A DNA stretch of 64,000 nt from Basidiobolus meristosporus CBS 931.73 (taxonomy: Eukaryota; Fungi; Basidiobolomycota). The notes under the pieces were generated by a model that was not told the origin of the DNA, did no database searches, and saw nothing but the letters and a program-made list of their open reading frames with translations. Both the position numbers and the translations under genes were made by a program. This document shows, in pieces, positions 1 through 14,449 of the stretch. The stretch covers positions 7,806 through 71,805 of the forward strand of contig MCFE01000458.1 of assembly GCA_002104905.1 (NCBI GenBank). Direction: 5' to 3'. How positions within the stretch are numbered: position 1 is the stretch's first letter; the number at the start of each line of letters is the position of its first letter.

Positions 1-3000
1 TTTGCATAAGCACTGCAATGATATAATCAACTTAAAAGTGCTTTTCATTGTTCTATAGTGTGCTGTGACAATTTTAGCACAAATGCACAATATTGGGACA
101 AGTATCTACTTGATCTTGAGTACAACAGAGTAACCAAAAGATCCTACATATGATCAAAGTAGCAAAGTTTGGGCTTCAAGTTAATCTCAAAGCAACCAAA
201 ACTAGTCAAAAGGTGCTAAACATGTATTGAGCTACAGAATAATGCCAAATAGTCAAATATCTTTGCACAAACACTGTATGACCTGGTTGGAAGCCACTTG
301 AACTTATTCACTCTAATATTCCTTGATATATTGTGGTGACTGATGATGTTCTAGGAAACACAAGGTTGCTTCCACAATTAAGACTGTACTTTGTCAAAAA
401 ATGACTCTAATCACTTGCTGTAAGTAGTGTAAACATAGTGCCATACTGGACACAAACTTCAATTCTAAATAGGTTTACTACACCTATGGAAATTGCAGCT
501 GTTTGACCTGTTATTTATCTGCCCTACATCAATCACATCTTTTTCAGTCAGTCCAATTCCAGATTATAACCTAAGAAGGCAAATGTAATATTTGCTGGCT
601 AGCTGGATTGCTTATATGCTAGCAACTCAGCACAATGAGGTTGACAGCAACATGATACTTTTAAATAAATTAGATAGGTCTATAGAACTGTAGTCTGTTA
701 TAACTAGTTTGCATTGTGTATAAGAATAGGCTAACAGTATAGCCAGCTTCCCGTATACTGATGCTGAAGCTGATGATTGGGATTTTGACATACAAGTTTC
801 AGAAGGTGTCAAAGGGAGAATATATCAGCTAATGTCCAAAGTGGTGTTTTTAAACTAAAGGGGCTTCTTGAAGCTTCATTTCCACCCAAAAAGTGGTATT
901 TCTCAGTTACTGGATGTTGCAATTCTAGAAGTGATTTGGATATAAGCAACTTATCAAGCAATAGTGAAGATAGTTGAACTATTGTTTATTCACAAAGAGA
1001 ATCAGTAATTATATCTTTGTAGAAGTAATACAGCTGTAACATTAAACAAAGAGGGTTTCTTAACATTCAGGAGCATTCTGCAACAGTTTCAAGGTTAGTA
1101 CATAATGTTTGGTAAAAATGTTAATTTGATCATAAATCTAGGAGAAAATCATACAATTATAGATCTGAATAAACTGGCAAAGTTGGGGCTGCAAATTGAT
1201 CCTGCAGTAACCAAGAGTAGTCTAGAATTGTCAAGTAAACTTTTAGCTGCTGAATGATACCAAATAGTACAACATTTAAACACTGGACTTATGTGGCAGT
1301 GAGCATAATAATTATATAGCACTATGTGAGCTATTAAGGTTGAGTTGTAGATCTTCAAGCCTTAAAGTGGCATGGATATCTAGCTGGATGAGGTCCAGTC
1401 TTACTCTTTTACTTAAAGACCTCCCTATTACTTCTAACTTATAATTTTGAAAATCTGTTAAACAAACAGCCAGTGTAGGTGGTGTACTGCACAATACTGC
1501 CAGCTTACACAACTCATTCTTGCTAGCATGAATGTGCTTGTAAGAGCTTTACAAGTGCACAACTGGTCATGATATCTCATATCTTTGGTGTATTATATTG
1601 TGAAGTATTGCAAGCTAATCCACCTCTGGTAAGACCTTTCCTGGGCATCCTGTAGTGCCTACCTATAGCATTAAAGTATATATACACACCCTAATTCAGC
1701 CAGATACAGAAGATAATTCTATCCGTTCCAGATCAGAGTAGATTATCCCAGTTAGGAGATCTACCAGAATAATGAATGCCCCTGAATCTTGGTGGCAGAC
1801 ATCTAATGATCATGGAGAAGCTTATCTTGCCCTATGTGGTAAACCACAGAATCTAGAACAGCCAATGCAAAGCCCAGATGCTATTAGGTGGCAACATTAT
1901 GATCTGCTGCTTGAATTTTCAAATTAAACCAGCTTTGAGTAAAGTTAATTAGTATCATGTTTAGCCTATCAGTATATCAGTGTTATCTATCAAATTAGTA
2001 GCATTAGTCAGCAAATGAATCAGCATATTCTTGTCAGAGAAGTAGATATCTTAAATAGGATCTTATTGGGTGATGATGGTGCAATCTAATGAGTCATCAG
2101 TCACAACCTACATCAGGAAATACAATTAGTCAGCAATTAATGTGGTACAATGTACATAAGGAGCTGCTGGATCCTCAATAAAAATCAGTACAAGTTTTAG
2201 TGAATACAATACTAGCTAAACTCCCTATTCCTCTACAACTCTTATTTTCAAAACTTGTAACACAGACATATTATTATTTTACAATTACAAACTGACTTAG
2301 TCACTGTGAGCTTATATGCAACCTTAGGCTTGCCACTTATTTTCATATATGAGCATAGAAGTATTCCTGTGCAGCTTAGAGTAAGCTGGCACTTTTACCA
2401 AACCTATTGTGTTAAAATTGGAGCTAGTACTTTGGGCTCCTGTGTAACACAGTGTATTCCTGGCACAGTGCTTTTGGTACTAATATAGCCTCAGAGGTTA
2501 AAATTTTTGTATATTGAAGAATAAGCATAAGCCTTGTCAGTATCATAAGTTCCTCTCAAGTTCTTGATATCATAATAAATTCTGAGCCACAACAGGTCAT
2601 GAGACCTGTTGACTATATCCAACTGACTGATGACTTTGATTGGCAAACATAGCTACATTAATATTCTGCCAGCAAGGGGGTGGTCTAATTGGAACAAAGG
2701 CAGAGCTCAGAGAACCAAGTCAAATATTACTTAGTTGTAGAAAAGTTTTCAGAGAAAGTCACAACAGTGTAAGGTAGGCTTGTAGGTGCTTCAGAAAAAT
2801 TGAGATGTAAAATATTGAGACAGCAGTGCTAATGATGCTCTGTGTGTCAATATTCAAGACTTCTTCTTCAGGGAGATTTATGGTTTAAAGTCAGCCTAAG
2901 AAGCTTCAGAATCTCCTGGAGACAATCTTTGAGGCAAGGTTAGTTTCAAGTAGGTGCAGCCAAGTGAAGGTTTCTTGACAAGAGAAAAAAGTGAGCATGA

Positions 3001-3779
3001 TGGTTTCAGCCCATTCTGAGGATGAAGACACCTGCAAGAGACTAAGATAGTAATATTGCTGGCAAAAAGGGTTTGGTAATCAGTGTTATATATCAAATCA
3101 GTGGTGTTAGTAAGTAGATCAGTCTGCAGATCCCTATCAGACAGGAATAGATATATTTAGTAAGACCTAATTAGGTGATTATGATGCAACATAGTGAGTA
3201 ATCCGCTACAGCCTAAACTCTGCTAAGAAGGAAGCTGAAGACACTCCAACAGAAAGGAGAGGTTCAAGCGTTGATCAATGAGTATTGATGTCTACATGAC
3301 TAAATTGCAAGAATAGGCCCCCTTAATCAAGTTGAATACTCCATTAATGTGTGAACAGAAAGGACTTACAAGGTAAAGAACTATTGAAAACCCCAGTCAA
3401 TTGAATAAGCCATCAACATTGCCATTGATTATGACTCAGCTATGTTTGGAGTTGAAATGCATATGATGAATAGTTAAAAAGGCACCATCAATATGAAGGA
3501 AAAAAATCAGAAGCAGTGCCAATGAGAATAGAAGCTACACAGAAGAATCCCACCTCAGAAGAATGTGAGAAGAAACAACTTTGCTTTCATAGCTGCCAGC
3601 AAGGACAAATCCCAGAGCGCTGCCTTCAGAGAAGAAATGGACACCAGTCAACAAGACCATTCTACCATATTGAAGCCCTTGAACACAGTGATGTGGAGGA
3701 CAAGCTTGAAGAAGACTCATAACTCACCTTCTAAATCCATGCAGTAGAAAGAAATTACCCAACACATGAAAAGGAGATG

Positions 3780-4450
3780 CATACCATATTACACTGCTTG
3801 TGGGTATTGATATGCTACAGTGATGGAGTCCAGATCACTATGAAGTATTATTGCACCTCACTCAAATGTATTTTTACTGAGATGGTACTATCTACATGAT
3901 TACAAGATGGAGTGACTAGACTCATTAATTGAGTCATACAGTGACATTGTACAAATACTTTTCCAGAAGTGGATTACCAATGCCAGCTTGATGCATCTGC
4001 AGCTTTAATGCAACATGTTTTTGATGGGGTTTGAGTGGCTATACAACAAGTATAAAGCTGAACACGTAGATCTCTGCCACTACTGTTTCAATTCTTTACT
4101 CCTTCTTGCTTGATGTGTGAAGAGTATTGGAACTTACTTGACCTTTTGGGAGTTTTCTATGGAGCATATGTATGGGAAGATAGGACAACAAGTCAGGTTT
4201 AGGTACTACCATATCCCAATTTCATCAAGAATGTTGCCTTCAAGTCTGTCATAAATGAGATCAGTTGCCACATGGAGGACAGACAAGAAGAATTGGAAAA
4301 TAACCAGGACAGGTGTATACATGGCAACACCTATGCCTTTGGCACTAAGAAGCCTAAACAGCCCCAATGCGTGGGTAATCAGTTGAGTAATGAAAAGTGG
4401 GGCTTGGTGCAATGAGCAGTTAATTTTTGTTAGGATAGCTCTACCAAAGT
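3780..4450 (+). mobile_element. Degraded CACTA transposase C-terminal fragment (similar plus-strand fragments at about 9.69-10.49, 19.98-20.9, 23.9-24.5, 33.86-34.5 and 47.1-47.7 kb)
   Basis: Reverse-complement similarity to 11.4-12.0 kb, including the WEFPME-like motif (tgggagttttctatggag). Boundaries approximate. Confidence 0.6.
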
Positions 4451-4829
4451 ATGCTGGTTGGGTTGTGGTAGATGCTGTAGTCAGCAGGCTCTCTTTGAAA
4501 ACTCAGTGACTACAACTAAGAACTTATTTTGCAATTGCAGGCTCCTAATGATCCCTTACAAAAAAATTGCAATGGCCCTCTCAAAAGAGCACCACAGAAG
4601 CTTTATCTAACAGCTTAGAGTTATGGACACCATTGGGGTCCTATGCAAATCTGCTGGGGCAAAACTGAAACTGACATTTCACAAAAAGTATTGTCTAAAA
4701 CTTTCTTCACAATGATCCCCAAGTTGCTTGTAGCCAGTTTCCAGCCATTTCTTGCACTATGATTAGAATCAATTTGGCACAACTGACTTAATTTATCTGA
4801 CTCTTTGTACTTCATAATTCAGTTTCATA

Positions 4830-5470
4830 CAATTACCATGTATTCTGTCATTGTATTACATAATTATCCACAAACAATGGCTGGGTGATTTCATTGATGA
4901 CATGATTACAAATCTATCATTAAAAAGGATATCTGCAACTGCTGTGATTGGATCCATGTGAGTGCAATTCAAGATGCACCATGCACAATGTACAAAAAAC
5001 TTTATTGTCACATTGGTTTTTATATTCACTTCATGTAAGGCCAAGATAGCACCAGTACACTACTGAATAAACATTCAAATCTGTCCAAATGGTCCCTATA
5101 CTAAATTATTACTCATCATAATTCAAGCTAGGACAGAGTCCATCCCTCAGCTCACAAGCATAGTCTGGACTGGAGAAGTCAATATTAGATCTAATTAAGA
5201 TCTTGTCAAATGATTTTACTATGGCCCAAGTATTTATGATAAGCCTTCATACAGACACTTGGGCTTTACTCATCAATATAGCAGAGCTGGATACCTCAGA
5301 GAGTTGACAGAGTTGGAAGAATCTACATGGAAAGCTGTGGCATGAGTTCTATATCAAAATGCCTGTAAATGAATGTAAGAAGACACATAACAACACAAAT
5401 ATAGATATTAAGAATGAGCTGATAGTGAGGGGATTTCATGAGGAAGCCATGTGGGAACAACATCACGTGC
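4830..5470 (+). mobile_element. Harbinger internal fragment
   Basis: Direct similarity to about 14.05-14.7 kb (e.g. gatacctcagagagt..catgagttcta.atcaa.atgcc). Ends approximate. Confidence 0.6.
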
Positions 5471-5479
5471 ATTTTGCTC

Positions 5480-8400
5480 AGGACACACACATCTGTATGT
5501 GCCCATATTAGCAAGTATGTTGTCAGCTTGTACTAAAGCATTGATGAAGCAATTTGGTGCAGTAGCTGATAGCATAGATTCAATGGCCCAGAGAAATCAG
5601 TAAATAATCTAGAAACAGGATGAGTGGATAACACATGTGGAGCAATCAGTAGACTTGTTCCATTGTACCATGCCAGCGTGTGCAGTGCAGTCTGCAGTCT
5701 CTAAGAATGATTGGGTGCAATATTATAGCTACTAGTAGGCAGGATTGCTCTTGGAAAATTTTGCACCATATTGGACAATCTTGCACACTATGGCACAGTT
5801 GTACACATTGAGGTTGGCACAGATGATTGCACCAACTTGTAATGTTTGTATCACATGCACAAATGGATACTGCTGTTATAGTAGGTAAAATCTGGTATTT
5901 GGATATGTTTCTTTAATGTAAATGGAAATAAATACATATCACACTATAAACTACACTGATACTTACCATATTGGTTACCATCATTCCAATTGGTTGGAAT
6001 CTCAGTGGTTAATTGGTCTAAAAGTATTATGAAGCTGTCAGCCCCCAATTGTCTCTTTTACCAATACACAAGTTACCTGATTCATCATCAAATATCCTAC
6101 TTTGCCTATTGAGCAAGTAAATACCTGATCCTGATGATTGGACAAGGTGTTGTAGCTATCACACCGCTGATCAGATATGTGCAATACAGATCAAATGGCT
6201 GCACTGGTGCTACAGATGATATATATATATGCAGGGTGTTTATTTATAAGGGTTCTGTCTCAAATGTGTGACAACCTTTATGTTGCTTCAATCAAAAACT
6301 AAGAGATCATTGATTTGCAATGGCTTGATGCAGATTGCAAAAAAAAATGTGTAGTTTGGATCATGACTAATATTAGCAATTCAATGAGATCACATCATCT
6401 TCTCCTAGGTTTTTTTCTTGCAGGGATTACTACTGAAGCATTTGGTAATGATTCACTTTGCACACCTAAACTACTTCCTTATCAACAATCATCTTGGCTA
6501 CTTGTGTATTTGCGGTCAGTACTTTGCCTACTAATTGACAAGTACAATGCTGCAGCTTGGCTGTGCTGAATTGCTCCAGATGATGCTACCAAGCCAGCCT
6601 GCAGTGCTACATGCTGATGTGTACTTTTACTTGCAAAAAGCTCCAGTGGTGGAGGCACTTCATGTGGGTCATCATCAGTCAGTCCGCCAGAAAAAACTTG
6701 CTGATGGTGAGGAGTAATGGCACATGCAGACACAACTTGATGCACTGGTATGGCCCTTAGCTGAGTTTGATGTGATGCTGCTTGTTGATGCAACTTGGCC
6801 AGCTCCCATGGACTTGTGTCTGAATGAGCAGTTTGGTGAGTTCTAATGGTTTTGCTGTGAAGAGGGTGCATTGACCCAACATGCATTGACTTCATGCAGA
6901 GCACTCTGGTGAAGGGTGTTGGCATAGTTTGGACTGACATGCACCAACATGCTGATGTTGCAAGGGATAGTAAGGAACTCAGTGAGGTGTGCTGGCACAA
7001 TCTTGACACTGTTGCTTGCAGTCTGTATTCTTCCTCTTGAAGCTCAACTTTTGATTCCTCAAGGTATTCACTTACCCTCTGTCTGATACTCTGGAGCTGT
7101 TGCCTGGATAGGTCCTGTGTATATTGCTTTCAGTAGCCACTTAGCTCTATGAATATATCATGTAGTAAATTAGTCATTTGAGGCAAAAACTCATTTAAAT
7201 CTCTTTGGTTCCCAAAGTCAAGGTATATATGGACATGTCCAGCCTGTACTGAGCAATATGAAGAGATTCAGCATACTGGCAGGTAAATACAGAGGAAAGT
7301 CATATATAGAAGAAAATAGCAGAATAAGTAAAATAGTTAAGATACTTATCAATGCACAGTATATTCATACAAGAAGACATCCATTGAGAGAAAGGTGTCT
7401 GGAGCATTATGATGAGTAAATAAAGCAAGGAAAGCACTACTCTGAGCAACATAAGTAAGATTGGGTTAAATGACCAGTAACTATATCCTATCACTGGCAC
7501 TATGTGGCACTATCCAACAGAATAAGTCTAATACCTCAGGCAGAGAAAGCAGTACCTTTGCAGCAAAGAAGGAGCTCAAGTAGCTCAATGTCCCAGCAAA
7601 GAATTGAGCCATTTCCCAATGTCAAAGCAGAGGAACACTCTACAGTGTTTGAAGCACAACAATAGTGCCCAAAGATAAAACTCACAGAAAAAAGTATTGC
7701 AGCATAGGAGGGTGACAATGTGATATTTATACCAAAGACTAAAAATCAAAAGACATTGAAGATCAGTAAAGCTGGTGGCTGCAACAATGAAGAGTGGGCT
7801 AATATTCAAGAGGCTGTCAGAAGTCTAGCATACCAACACCAAAAGTCCAACATACCATGGAATCATCAGGAACTCAACGCCAAGTAGAATGAACTTGACT
7901 TGTTCCACTGGTTTTATCCTGAACTCAATTGGGCAAATGGATTTTGGGCCAGCATAGGCAGGCAAGGAAAGTATTGTAAGAGTAGCAGAAACTATCAAAG
8001 GCAGAAGAACAAGGGTTCCATGGCTAAAAATTGGCAGTTTCCTTAAGAGCCTGTTACAGGCAGGGCCAAAAGCTCCAAACAAACATCAGTGAGATGTCAG
8101 GCAGCTAGAAGAGTGCCAATAAGGGACAAGCAGGCAGACGTAGATGCACTAGCACAACATTTGCCAAGGAAGAAGTTTATTACCACTCAAGAAGCACTTG
8201 GTCAAGGTAGCAGTGAAGGACCTAGTGGTGATAAAAACCAGTGGCTTTCTCAGGAGCTCATCACAACTATGGTTGAGAGCTGAAAACAAGCAGTAAGGAA
8301 ATGTCAAGTTGCCAGGAGAGTGCCAGCAAGGGACAAGCAGGCCAAAACAGATGTGTTAGAGCTGAGGTCATTAAGGAGAATACATAGTTCTTTACAAGAA

Positions 8401-8940
8401 GCATTCACACAAAGTAGCAGTGAAAGACCTGGCAGCTATAATGAAAAAGATAAAGGAAATAATGTCTACCCAAGCCTGAGACAGGGAAGCATAAAAAAAA
8501 CTGCAGTTCTTGCCAATTAACTCCATAAGCCTGGAACAGACTGAATCCCATTATAGCCAAGATTTACCAACAAGAAAACAGCTGTTTTCACAACAGTTGG
8601 GAGCACAGGCAGTTGAGCTACACTCCAGCAAGGTAGAAGAGTTTGCAGAGAAAGACAATTTGTCTACCACAGCCTCTGCATCTTCCATTGTTGACAGAGT
8701 GGAGATCCTACTGACAGACAAGGCTACAACATCAATAACTCAAAAGACTATCACAATACCTTCAGTGGAATTTTGGAACATTAATAGGCACACCAAGAGG
8801 TTGCAGCTCTTCTCCAAGAGCAGTGCTCAAGAAAATTCACTTGAATATTGCAGGGACATATTGCAAATGCTGACAGATGAGGTGCTAGACCTTGCAGTGC
8901 TGGCTGAAGACCAGGACATATGATAACCAGGTGATGAACT
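5480..8940 (+). mobile_element. CACTA ORF2 fragment interrupted by the Harbinger copy at 5651-7529
   Basis: Flanks of the Harbinger align with 17.7-19.2 kb (EEWANIQEAVRSL region). Confidence 0.7.
5651..7529 (+). mobile_element. Internally deleted, inverted copy of the same Harbinger family
   Basis: Ends AGACTTGTTCCATTG and CAACAGAATAAGTCT; flanks AGT and AAT. 5.65-7.2 kb is the reverse complement of 14.8-16.3 kb, and 7.26-7.42 kb encodes the transposase C-terminus (KRFSILAGKYRG..CLEHYDE). Confidence 0.8.
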
Positions 8941-9690
8941 GACTGAAAAGTATCTTTGCCTGTACAATAACAAACTTGGGAAAACAATCAAATATAAAAA
9001 AATATACCTACTCTGAGTATTCCTCACAAGTAGTTCCTCCAAGGTCAGTTGGCTGTCAGCGTGGTTTCCTGGGAGTATTGTCAGGTTTGAGTCAGAAAGT
9101 AGAGGTAATAGGCAGCGGTGATCTCACTAATTAATAAGTTGGAATATTGGAAGAGGGATGATTTATTTTTAAGGGATAGCCTCCCTTATATACTTTTTCA
9201 TTGCTCATATTCTTGCTAGAAAATACTTTCTGGAAGTCTCCAGAAGGTAGTAGACAGCCAATCATGTCAATGTGTACTAAAAATAGCTCAAATTCTTAGG
9301 GGATTGTTCCATGACACATAGTAGTACCTAGCCAATCAGATAGTGGTAATATGAAACCTCTGTGTCATGTAGTTACCTCATATGGTAGTAGGATTGAAGG
9401 GTTATGAAGCCAGGATGGTCACATGACATAGGCACTGTTGTGGGTACTTGCCGTAGATGGTAACTATGTTATCTTGGAATTTTGGCATCTTGGCAAAGAA
9501 TAGGAATGGCTTGTGCAATGGGCTAATAGTGACACATAGTTTGCCAGGTCACATAGTATTAATCACACAGAGAGATAGAAAATATTGCAACTTGGGATGA
9601 TACTAATATAGGGGGGGTAGTCCTTTTTAGGGAAGTGAATATATGGGAATGAGTACATCTGCCTGTGGGTGTCACTGTGACCCCACTACA
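8941..9690 (-). mobile_element. Truncated second copy of the same solo LTR
   Basis: Aligns to 27.94-28.68 kb, ends CCCCACTACA, followed by ACGC (a mutated GCGC site of the CACTA transposase). Confidence 0.75.
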
Positions 9691-12600
9691 ACGCACCTAT
9701 AAGGGGGATTAGAATCCAGCAGGGAGAAGAAATATATTGGCTAAATACCAAAAGGTTCTTTGCAGATATACAGGATGTACTTGTGGCAGAAGTGGTGGTA
9801 ACCAATCATATGTTTGCAAGATACATATCTTACCACCAATGCAAGGTGTTTGGCAACTTTGCAAGTATCACACTAAAAAGCCATAAATCATAGGTGATAA
9901 AAGTATTTCAATTGCAGCAGGTGTGAGTTTTTGTAAAGCTTGGTAAGCAGGTGGCCATAGTATTTCTTGACTCAAGCTATATGTAGAATACGCAAGATAG
10001 TTGTGGGTGAGCAAATACAGAGGGGTTATTTTAATATGAAATATGTGAATTGTGCAAGGGGAGGTAGAAAAAGAAAATACAATTTGGTAAATTGGTACGG
10101 TAGCATTATACAGAGCTAGCTGTAGGCTAAAATACCACTGTGATGATGCCATCAGAGGCTTGCAACAAGGCCATCAAAGTACCATCAAGTTTTTTGTCAT
10201 AAAAGGCAATTAGATATACAGATTAGTAAGATCCACGCAAATAGCTATAAAGCACACTCAGTCTGCAACAATGTAGTGCCACCCTTGGCAAAGCACCATA
10301 CAAATGCTTTTATATTTTATTAACTTTGTTTGGCTGCAAAATTTGCAAAATACTGTTGTTATCCTGTCACAAGATTGCGCAGGTGCTGATTAGTTCCAAG
10401 CTGCTAGTGTTATTGCAGTCTCCTAATGGGATCTTGACAGCTTATCTGGACTGGATTTATCTGTAGGACCAAGTTCATTTCCATAGAGAACTCACACAAA
10501 CAAGTGCCAGAGTGCACATACAAGGGGAACTAGAATTCAGCAGTACAAAGGAATATATTGTTTAAATACCATGAGGTTCTTTATGGACATGCAGTAAGTA
10601 TTTATGGCAAAAGTGGCGGCAACCAAACATATGTTTGCAAGATGTATATGTTATAATCACTAAAAGGAATATGGTAGCTTTTTTTAACAGCTTCAAATTA
10701 GTGACCCTCTTAACAATGTTATAACAGGATCACAACAGTGTTTTGCTAATTTTACAGCCAAATATAGGTATAAAACTTGGCAATATTTAGTTGGTGCTAT
10801 GACAATAATTGCATGGTATTGTTGCAGTCTTTTTGGGCTCTACAATTATTTTAGGAGGATCCAACCAGCCAGAACTTTATTTTAATGGCCCCACAGCAAG
10901 ACTCTGATGGCATTACATTGGAAGTATGACAGCCTACAGCTGGTTCTGTATAATGCTACTGTACCAACTTACTAAATGGCATTTCCTTTTTCTATCTCCC
11001 CTTGTGCAACTCATATATTTCACTGAAGAATCACCCCTCTTTATTTGCTCACCCACTACTACCTTGGGTATTCCATATATAGTTCAAATAAAAAAAATTA
11101 TGGCCTCATGCTTACTAACCTCTACAAACATGCACACATGCCACAATTGACATATTTCTATGACCTCAACTTTACAGCTTTTAAGTGTGATACTTGCAAA
11201 GTTGCCATATACCTTGTACTGTGGGTAACATATACATCTTGCAAACATATACTTGGTTGTTGCCACTTCTGCCATGAATACCTCCTGAATATCTGCAAAG
11301 AACTTCTTGGTATTTAGTCAATAAATTCCTTCTCTCTGCTGGATTCTAGTCCCCCTCATAGGTGCACTATGGCTTTTGTTTGTGTGAATTCTGTATTGAA
11401 TGGTATAGAAGTTGGTGTGTGACCTAGAGAAATTCAGCATACCTTGGTAGAGCTTTTCTAATAGAAGTTAGTTGCTTGTTGCACCCAACACAACTTTGCA
11501 TTACTTAACTGATTACCCATGCATTGAGGCTGCTTAGCTTCTTAATGCTACAGGCATAGGTGTCTCCATGTGCACATTTGTCCTCAGTATTTTCCAATTC
11601 TTCCCGGCTGTCCTCCATCTGCCAACTCATCACATCCATGACAGAATTGAAGGTAATTTTCTTAATGAGGTGAAGATGTGGTAGTACCTGCAACTTGACT
11701 TGTCTTCCTATCTCCCCACACATGCACTCCATAGGAAACTTCCAAAAGGTGAAGCAAGTCCCAATATTCTCCTCACACTGTGCAAGATGGTGTAGAGAAT
11801 GGATACAGTAGTGTCAGAGATCTCTGTGTTCAGCTTTATGTTTGTGGTATAGCTGCTCAAATCCCATCACAAGCTCCTTGCACAACAGCTATGGATGCAT
11901 CAAGTTGGTATTGGTGATCTGCTTCTGGATAAATATTCCTACAATGTCCACATATGACTCCCAATGCTTCCAATGTACTCTTGGGTAGGAATGGCCTCAG
12001 AATGCCACTTGAATAAATACATATCCAGCTCATCTAGTATTTGCATTTGTATTGTTGCATGTGCTTATGAATATTAATTGAAGCCTGTGAGAAGTACTTA
12101 AGATGGCAGATACTCTGTAATATCTTGCCAATTCTTTCAGGTTGCTCCCAAATCTTGAAGGGCTCATTTAGCTTGAAATACCCCATGTACAACTTGGTCA
12201 TCAGTATAGGGATATTGTTGAAAGCAAATACATAGCTCTCTGTGCAATGCTTTTGCTCCAACAGATACCCTCTATCTTAAGTATCTCTAGCTTCCAATTG
12301 ATTCCATATTCTGGCTAATGGCAAATAGCTTGCCAACATTGCTGCAATTGCATGCTGTCATCTGTACATTGTCTCTGTGGAAAGAAGATGTTCTTAATAC
12401 TGGTGTTTGGGTAATAATAATGTGTGTGAGTTATGGAGTATATCCCTGGGATCTCACACATTTGACAGCAATACCTTCCATTGTGCCCAGAAAAGCTGGC
12501 TATCTTACAGATGGCTGGGGTATCTCCAATGCAGATAATAATATGCACTTTTACATGATGGCCATTTACTGCTATCCTGCTGGAAAGCATACAAAAATCA

Positions 12601-13069
12601 TCCAGCAATGGAGACAGGTGGCTATCCGGGTTGGACAGTGATTTAGGCCCTGATACCAGTGAGACTACTATTAGATCATTGCTCTGATACTGTAAGATGG
12701 GCAGCAGATTCAGATTGATGAGAATCAGTGGCCAGCAGAATTTGCCGGTAGAGTTGTTATGAGAATCCATCAAGAGCTACAGCAAAGGCATTATCACACA
12801 TACCTTCAAAGTAGATACTGTTTCTTAGCTGTTTGTAATGCTTGCCATCAAATATATTGGATATGCTAGTACTTGACTGATACTGTGTATAGTACTTGAC
12901 TTGTTCCATTGGATTGTGCCACATGGTGCAAGCTGGTTTTTAGTGCTGGATCAATCTGGCAACATCTGGCACTATAATTTCAACCATAATGCCAGTGGTA
13001 GGATATAGTTACTGGTAATTTTACTCAATTGAACTTGTGTTGCTCAGAGTAGTGCTTTTCTTGCTTTAT

Positions 13070-14029
13070 TTACTCTTCATAATGCTCCAGACACCTTTCT
13101 CTCAATGGATGTCTTCTTGTATGAATATACTGTGCATTGATAAGTCTCTTAACTATTTTACCTATTTTGCTGTTTTCTTCTATATATGACTTTCCTCTGT
13201 ATTTACCTGCCAATATGCTGAATCTCTTTAGATATCCAAGTGTATGCTCTACTCTCACTCTGAAATGATTAAATATCTCATTGTAGAGCTTCTGCTTCCT
13301 GCTAAGCACACCATTCCTTGGCTTCCTATAAGCTGTAATACATACCAATTTCTGACAATCCTCTCCTATATAAGCTAAGTCTGCCACACATCTTGCCCCT
13401 CTACTGAATTCTGCATTATTCTCTGCCCAGAATGCTTTGTCATGCCTAATTCTGGCAAATGTCCCACTAAGCCAGATGATGTTACCCCCAATGTCAGACA
13501 GTGCTTGAAACTTCACACAGTGTGCCTTGTACTTGCCAGAATAAATGTGCCTCTGCCCTCTAGAAGGTCTGTCAATCCTGTCAGGGAAGGTATCCAAAAT
13601 ACCTCTGGCATTGAACCTGTTCCTGAGCACTCTGGGATATGAAAGGCTATTGGAGCTTCTGAACCTAGTATTCCAAGCTTGATCTAAGTCATTCATACCT
13701 TCTACAAGGTGGTTCTTCATTGCTGTCAGCTGGGAATGAAAGCTTCTAGGACTTTTGTTGCCATGGATGGGAGGACAAAACCTGTGGGGTAATAATTCTT
13801 GTAATTGTAGAAAAGCTACAAGAGATCTCCTTGAGTAGCTTAGGGTAGATGGTCCACAGTACTTGGTATATATCTCCTTTAATATGTCAAAAAAAAATCC
13901 AGTGGTAGTGCTGGGAGTGATGAAAAAAGACCATTCAGATGAATAAATCATATTAAAATTGGTAGGTGATTGAGATGAGGTGATTTGAGTCAATTTGGCA
14001 CAATCAGCTTTATTTATCTGGTTCTCCAT
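13070..14029 (-). CDS. Harbinger DDE transposase (DDE_Tnp_4-like), 319-aa open frame
   Basis: Motifs ILDT..RIDRP, YSGKYKAHCVKFQ, G..RHD, VADLAYIG, YRKP..LS..QKLYN....RVRVEHTLGYLKRFSIL. Confidence 0.9.
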   Translation of the reverse strand: MENQINKADCAKLTQITSSQSPTNFNMIYSSEWSFFITPSTTTGFFFDILKEIYTKYCGPSTLSYSRRSLVAFLQLQELLPHRFCPPIHGNKSPRSFHSQLTAMKNHLVEGMNDLDQAWNTRFRSSNSLSYPRVLRNRFNARGILDTFPDRIDRPSRGQRHIYSGKYKAHCVKFQALSDIGGNIIWLSGTFARIRHDKAFWAENNAEFSRGARCVADLAYIGEDCQKLVCITAYRKPRNGVLSRKQKLYNEIFNHFRVRVEHTLGYLKRFSILAGKYRGKSYIEENSKIGKIVKRLINAQYIHTRRHPLRERCLEHYEE

Positions 14030-14449
14030 GCATTATGATTAAATCTTCATTAGTTACCATGTATCCCATCATTATGTTGCAAGAATCATCCTCCAACAAT
14101 GACTTGGCATTTTTATTGATGTTTTACTCACAAGTCTCTAATCAAATAGGAAATCAGCAACTGATGTAATCTAATATGTGTCAATGCAATCCAAGGTGCA
14201 TCATGCATAATATATGGAAAATTTAACAGTCACATTAGTTTTCATATATATTTCATATAAGACCAGGTTGATGCAATTCATACTGTACAGGTATCTAAGT
14301 CTGTCACTATGGTCCCTATACCAAGTCTCAACACATCTTTGGTACAACCCAGAAAAAACCCATCCCCCAGCTCACAAATGCAGTCTGGACCAGGGAAGTC
14401 AATGTTTGATGCGTTTGAGTTCTTGCCAAATGATTATAGTAAGGGCTAA

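Noticed and set aside
1-3750. Degenerate TE-like sequence (e.g. YLALCGKPQNLEQPMQSPDAIRW at ~1.83-1.9 kb resembles a copia linker)
   Set aside because: Too decayed to delimit or classify; only its CpG-depleted TE-like character is supportable.
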